A stretch of 64,000 nt of DNA from Tubulanus polymorphus (lineage: Eukaryota > Animalia > Nemertea): NCBI RefSeq assembly GCF_964204645.1, contig NC_134026.1, forward strand, positions 3,681,950 to 3,745,949, given 5' to 3'. Position 1 is the first letter of the stretch. The number at the start of each line of letters is the position of its first letter. The notes under the pieces are model-generated. The model did not search any database. It saw nothing but the letters and a program-made list of their open reading frames with translations, and was not told the DNA's origin. Position numbers and translations under genes: made by a program. Positions 59,501-64,000 of this stretch are shown piece after piece.

Positions 59501-62500
59501 CATACTGGCTACTTACCTCTAGTACTGGCTACTTACCTCTTACCGTTGATCTTTTTTCAGTTACAACTGCTCCTGATTTTCAGTATTTGTTACTATTTTA
59601 TGACTAGACTGATTTGATTGGTTTGATGTGTACGAAAATAGGAAATATTCCTCGATAGAATGGCATTGAGCAACAAGATAAAATCCCACTATTTAGAGAT
59701 TAAAAGAATTTAAAAACCAGAATTTATTTATTAAATCTAAAATATTTAAAAGACACGACGTTTCGATCTCACCCTAGAGATCATCGTCAGGTGTCTGAGA
59801 TCGAAACGTCGTGTCTTTTAAATATTTTAGATTTAATAAATAAATTCTGGTTTTTAAATTCTTTTAATCTCTAAATAGTGGGATTTTATCTTATTATCCG
59901 TTCACCACGTTTGAGTGTGGTCTCCGTTCTGGCATTGAGCAACGTTTATATCATATCTCTGGGTTCTGTTACAGACAAAGTTTCCTTTGAATGTACATCA
60001 GAAAGATGTTTATGGCGTATTTACTAATTGAGAATCACGAAGCAGTAATTAACGAGCATTATCAATACGATTGATCATGTAGCATTATAAATATGTTTAT
60101 GAAAATGAGCTGTTTGTAGTTTGCATATTGTACGTATAGGACATTTAGTAGTCATGATGTTGGGAATGATTTCTATAACCAGCCACATTGAAAATACATG
60201 CGTCAATAGAAACAAGAATTAGTGCCTTGTCATTTTTTTCCCATTTGGGATTGAACGCGGCGAAAAAACAGTTCGCGCTTAATTTCATTAAGGTATAACA
60301 ACAGTTACAGGCTGATACTTTGTCTCGTTTTTCGCGGATTAGTCGCTATGGACGCGTTTTGGCATAATTTATTCCCAGATTCACGTATTGGTTTTTGTTA
60401 GAAGCATATATACAGGGATATATATACAGGGTTTTATATAGGTTTTCGTAGAAAACCTTATAAGCTTTTTAAATAGAAAACCAGTTTGTGAATAAATGCA
60501 AATTCTTGTCAACTGCCTTTTATTCTCTCCTGTTGCACACACATTTTGCCAAAAGTAGATAGGAGCTTAGAATGACTTCTAAATCCGATGAATCGGACGG
60601 ACCATATCTTTTTCAACGGGCACCTCATCGTAAAGTCACTGCGACTACTTGGCCTTACCGAATTGTTCATTTAATTTTTCTTGTTACAGAGAGGGAAGTG
60701 GTGGCTGATATCGACGTGGAAGATGTTGACCCCAATGCCGGACGTTTCGTTCGTTATCAATTCACCTCACAATTTCTCAAGCTCAAGACGGTCGGAGCAA
60801 CGTACGTAAACCCTTACCGCAATACGAATGATATCATCAGTTTATCAGTCCAGATACAAATTCGGTTGGTGAAATAGAGTATCAATACCAGTACTTTTTG
60901 AAAACGTAAATTGATTGGAGCGAGTTGTTATTAAATCACTAAATAAACTCAAAGAAGAGATGATACCTGTGGGGTGAATAAGATCTCTTGCCTGAAGGAA
61001 GGTGGTTTGAAATAAAGTAATGATTCTGTATGAAAACAAAATAGGGTTTCAAAAAAGGTTTTTCCTTGGCAATTTTCATGTTATTGAAAAAGCAAGAAAA
61101 GGAGAAGAAAATCTAGCGATCAATATATTTTTCTGTTGTGAGACGGCTGATGGAAGTATATTCCAGTTTTAGAATCTACTGAGCAGTAAATATCCATTAA
61201 TCGCCTTATCCGACTTAAAACTCATCGACTGATGCTTAACATACCGGGTATATACATGTATCAATATATACGGATAGTTCACTTGTTGGAATTCTGAAAC
61301 TAAACAGAGTACTCGGCTTATCTTAGGAATATCAGGGGTCATTAGATAATAATTACTGGTACAATGTATCTTGACTAGAAAAATTGCTAATGGAGCAGTT
61401 ATTCATTATATCCCTGGCCAGCTTGTACATGTATCTAGTATATACCAAGAGTTACCAACCATCAGCGATTTTCGGGGGAGGGAGTTGTCCCCAATAGTGC
61501 TGTCCGTGATGGTGATTTTTACGGTATTGAATATGATTCAGTTGTCTTGCGTCCCGATATAAAGAGCTTAACTTCTCATTTGCCTATGTCCCCGAAAGTT
61601 TCTTCGGCCAGACTTTGTTCAGATATTTACAATAAGGCAGCTCTGATACGTGTTAAACAATGGATATTCGTAAATTCTGGTATATACGAAGGGTTGCAGA
61701 TAATTTCATGCGCGACGATTTGTTTCTTCTTGCAGGGTGGAATTCACGATCGGTGACAAACCGGTGAACAAGTTCCGTATGATCGAACGTCATTATTTCC
61801 GTGATAAACTGCTGAAAACGTTTGATTTCGAGTTCGGTTTCTGCATTCCCAACAGTAAGAACACTGTCGAACACATATACGAGTTTCCTCAATTAACACC
61901 AGATGAAAGTAAGTATTAATACATCTGATTCACAAGTTTAATCATTTTATCACCTTATTACCAACCTCTCACATGTTCCCTCATTGTGTGTAGCCAGTCT
62001 GCTCGGTGCTACTTTTTTGACACCTTGATTTGTGCTTACTTTTCATAAAAATGTCAGTATGTGCTGAAAAGAGCTAGTTTTTCACTTAAAGTCATCTGAA
62101 AAGATTTTGTCTCAGCATTCGTAATTGTTATACTAAGTTATGGGCAATTAACATGAGTGCATGAATGACATGAGTTATTTTTCTATAGGTAATTGTTTGA
62201 CAGTTACGTTGTTTATCACGGGTACAATTCATTAAAAGAGTGCTACTTTTTCCTCACGAAAAGTACTAACTTAAGCCTTACAGCTACAGATCATCTTACC
62301 CAAGTACCTTTAAATTTTAGAAGATTATTTTACATGAACCAGAACTGAAATTTCCAATTATGTGATTTTAACAAAAAAAATGTAGTTTCGTAACAACTAT
62401 ATATCTGTACTTCGATTTCCAATCTGAAAATTAAAAAGTAAAGGACACCAAATCAAACTAAATCTACTAATCAAATAAATCACAGGGTCAACTCTATTTT

Positions 62501-62811
62501 AAAATAAAAAAACAAAACCTATATCTAAAAATCTATAAATCAATTTACTGTTGAGGAGATGATAGAAAAAGTTTTGTATAATAACATGGTCAACCCTATT
62601 CTGAAATAAAAAACAAAACCTATTTCTAAAAATCTATAAATCGATTTATTGTTGAGAAGATGATAGAAAAAGTTTCATATATGTATCTTTATTTACAGTT
62701 GAGGAGATGATAGAGCATCCGTATGAAACACGTTCAGACAGTTTATACTTCGTAGATGATAAACTGATAATGCACAATAAAGCCGATTACGCTTACAACG
62801 GAGGCCAGTAA
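56354..62811 (+). CDS. UNC119: Protein unc-119 homolog (myristoyl-binding chaperone, PDE-delta/UNC119 family); 5 coding exons, ~233 aa
   Basis: Exons 56354-56543, 57345-57458, 60690-60801, 61736-61908, 62699-62811 total 702 nt, phase-consistent GT-AG. Motifs [134 protein letters not shown]. An alternative start at ATG 56372 is possible. Confidence 0.96.
56966..57207. mobile_element. Short Penelope-like element remnant (inverted pLTR fragments plus tail), copy 1, UNC119 intron 1
   Basis: 65-bp perfect inverted repeat (56999-57063/57143-57207) around a hammerhead motif; tail AACCACACTCAAACGTGGTGAACGGAT shared in reverse complement with copy 2; imperfect flanking duplication TTAACTGTAATTT/TTAACTTTAATTT. 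Confidence 0.75.
57085..57126 (+). ncRNA. Minimal type I hammerhead ribozyme
   Basis: ACAC-CTGACGA-T-GATCTC(TAGGGT)GAGATC-GAAA-CG-TC-GTGT: CUGAnGA and GAAA core boxes, 6-bp stem II, palindromic ACGT stem III, GUC cleavage triplet, 4-bp stem I. Confidence 0.8.
57345..57458 (+). CDS. UNC119: UNC119 coding exon 2
   Basis: ttacag|[37 protein letters not shown]|gtacgg. Confidence 0.95.
57612..57831. mobile_element. PIF/Harbinger-type (Tourist-like) MITE in UNC119 intron 2
   Basis: ~32-bp terminal inverted repeats GGCTAAA..TGATACCTTGTTTCTCCGC / GCGGAGAAACAAGGTATCA..TTTAGCC, flanked by TTA on both sides; second copy at 63830. Confidence 0.75.
59503..59540. repeat. 20-bp tandem duplication
   Basis: TACTGGCTACTTACCTCT twice, separated by AG. 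Confidence 0.8.
59675..59929. mobile_element. Short Penelope-like element remnant, copy 2, UNC119 intron 2
   Basis: 97-bp perfect inverted repeat (59675-59771/59796-59892) plus tail; perfect 14-bp target-site duplication TGGCATTGAGCAAC (59661-59674 and 59930-59943). Confidence 0.82.
59751..59796 (-). ncRNA. Minimal type I hammerhead ribozyme
   Basis: Reverse complement AGACAC-CTGACGA-T-GATCTC(TAGGGT)GAGATC-GAAA-CG-TC-GTGTCT; 6-bp stem I. Confidence 0.82.
60690..60801 (+). CDS. UNC119: UNC119 coding exon 3
   Basis: ttacag|[38 protein letters not shown]|gtacgt. Confidence 0.95.
61736..61908 (+). CDS. UNC119: UNC119 coding exon 4
   Basis: ttgcag|[57 protein letters not shown]|gtaagt. Confidence 0.96.
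62486..62680. repeat. Tandem duplication, ~102-bp unit x2, in UNC119 intron 4
   Basis: Units start GGTCAAC(T/C)CTATT at 62486 and 62588; each contains a copy of the exon 5 acceptor region. Confidence 0.85.
62699..62811 (+). CDS. UNC119: UNC119 coding exon 5 (terminal)
   Basis: ttacag|[40 protein letters not shown]. Confidence 0.95.
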
Positions 62812-63829
62812 CCGGAACATACGTCGCTGGAATATTACTGATGCACAATGAGATTCAGCTCTCAGAAAAATCATCAGATCGACCCCCGATTGGATGTAAT
62901 TTACCAGTTACTCGCGCTGTTTGAGAGGGTTAACTGCGCGTTGACCGGGTTTAACCCTCGATAACACGGATATCTAAATCTAAAACTATTCAATGTTCAT
63001 TTTGAAAACAAAAAAGATCAATCGAAAGAATCGAGCGGCATCATTCGTCACAGCAATCACGTGTTCGAATCATCTAACATTGATAGCAGTTGCCACGAAC
63101 AACCAAACATTTTGAATGATTAGGTGTTATTACGACACGTATGCTAAGTGAATTTGACATGATGATCGTTACTTGAAAACTGATGATGATTATGAAGATC
63201 ATTTGACGTATGCGTGAAGATTGGTCTATTGTTTTTAGTGCGTTAGATAGTTGAAAGAATAACTCTCATCAGTCTTCAAAAGTTTTTATTTTTGTGATAC
63301 AGGTAATTACATTTTTTCACTGGTGATTTATAAGTTAACGCTTTCGAAACAGGATAAAGACTCGATATTTAAAAAAACACTAACATTTTAGGCTCTCATA
63401 AATTAAGCATCTTTGAATGAAATTTCAGCTTTATTTTGACTGTACATAGCTAAAGCACCTCCAATTGGCACTTATATATAGAATTTCTTGCCAGAATATA
63501 CCACTTGAGTGAATGGGGAATATAAGTTAGAAAATTGATGAAAGAGCAATAAGCTTCTACGGCCAGTCAGTTGCTACAGTGGACGACGAAGTGAAGGAAC
63601 ATCGGCTACGAAATATTTACAAGTGACCAGTTCCAATTTTATTGCAGTGTCCCTACGATACGTTGATTCCTCAAAAACTCCTCCTTTTAACAGAAATCGC
63701 TTTTAAAGATGCTTGAAACTCCTTTCATTTGAGCAAAAATCCTCAAAACTCAAAGAATGTTTGTAGTTGTACAGTAAACTACGGCTAAATCGATACAATT
63801 CGAATCAGGATTTTTTCTTTACCCAATTA

Positions 63830-64000
63830 GGCTAAAAAAAATTGATACCTTGTTTCTCCGCTCTGTTGAGCTTAAATGTTAACCCGGCCGGCCGCCTATC
63901 TACCCTATACATTACTTTTTTTTAAATCGTGATCAATTTTACCATAACAGACCCGGCCGCTATAGAAATGAACTGTTTATAAATTTTATCATATTTTACA
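63830..64000. mobile_element. Second copy of the same Harbinger-type MITE, opposite orientation, truncated by the window edge
   Basis: Near-identical reverse complement of 57661-57831; begins TTA|GGCTAAAA. Confidence 0.75.

Overview
Eukaryotic (invertebrate metazoan, probably lophotrochozoan; inference) AT-rich genomic DNA. The right third holds two complete, intron-containing + strand genes reconstructed with in-phase GT-AG junctions. PHF12 has 13 coding exons (47218-53681, ~876 aa, two PHD fingers plus an FHA domain). UNC119 has 5 coding exons (56354-62811, ~233 aa). The first ~46 kb contains no recognisable protein-coding gene. It is a mosaic of CpG-rich regulatory-looking patches and promoter motifs, with several candidate minus-strand first exons whose ATG-containing members all end in splice phase 2, suggesting a large multi-promoter gene whose body lies left of the window. 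Other notable items: two Penelope-like insertions carrying minimal hammerhead ribozymes in UNC119 introns, a Harbinger-type MITE pair, a tRNA-derived SINE, and a tandem duplication that made two AG-less decoy copies of the last UNC119 splice acceptor. Most ORFs in the supplied track are spurious. I cannot support a wholly new biological system; the strongest leads are listed under findings.
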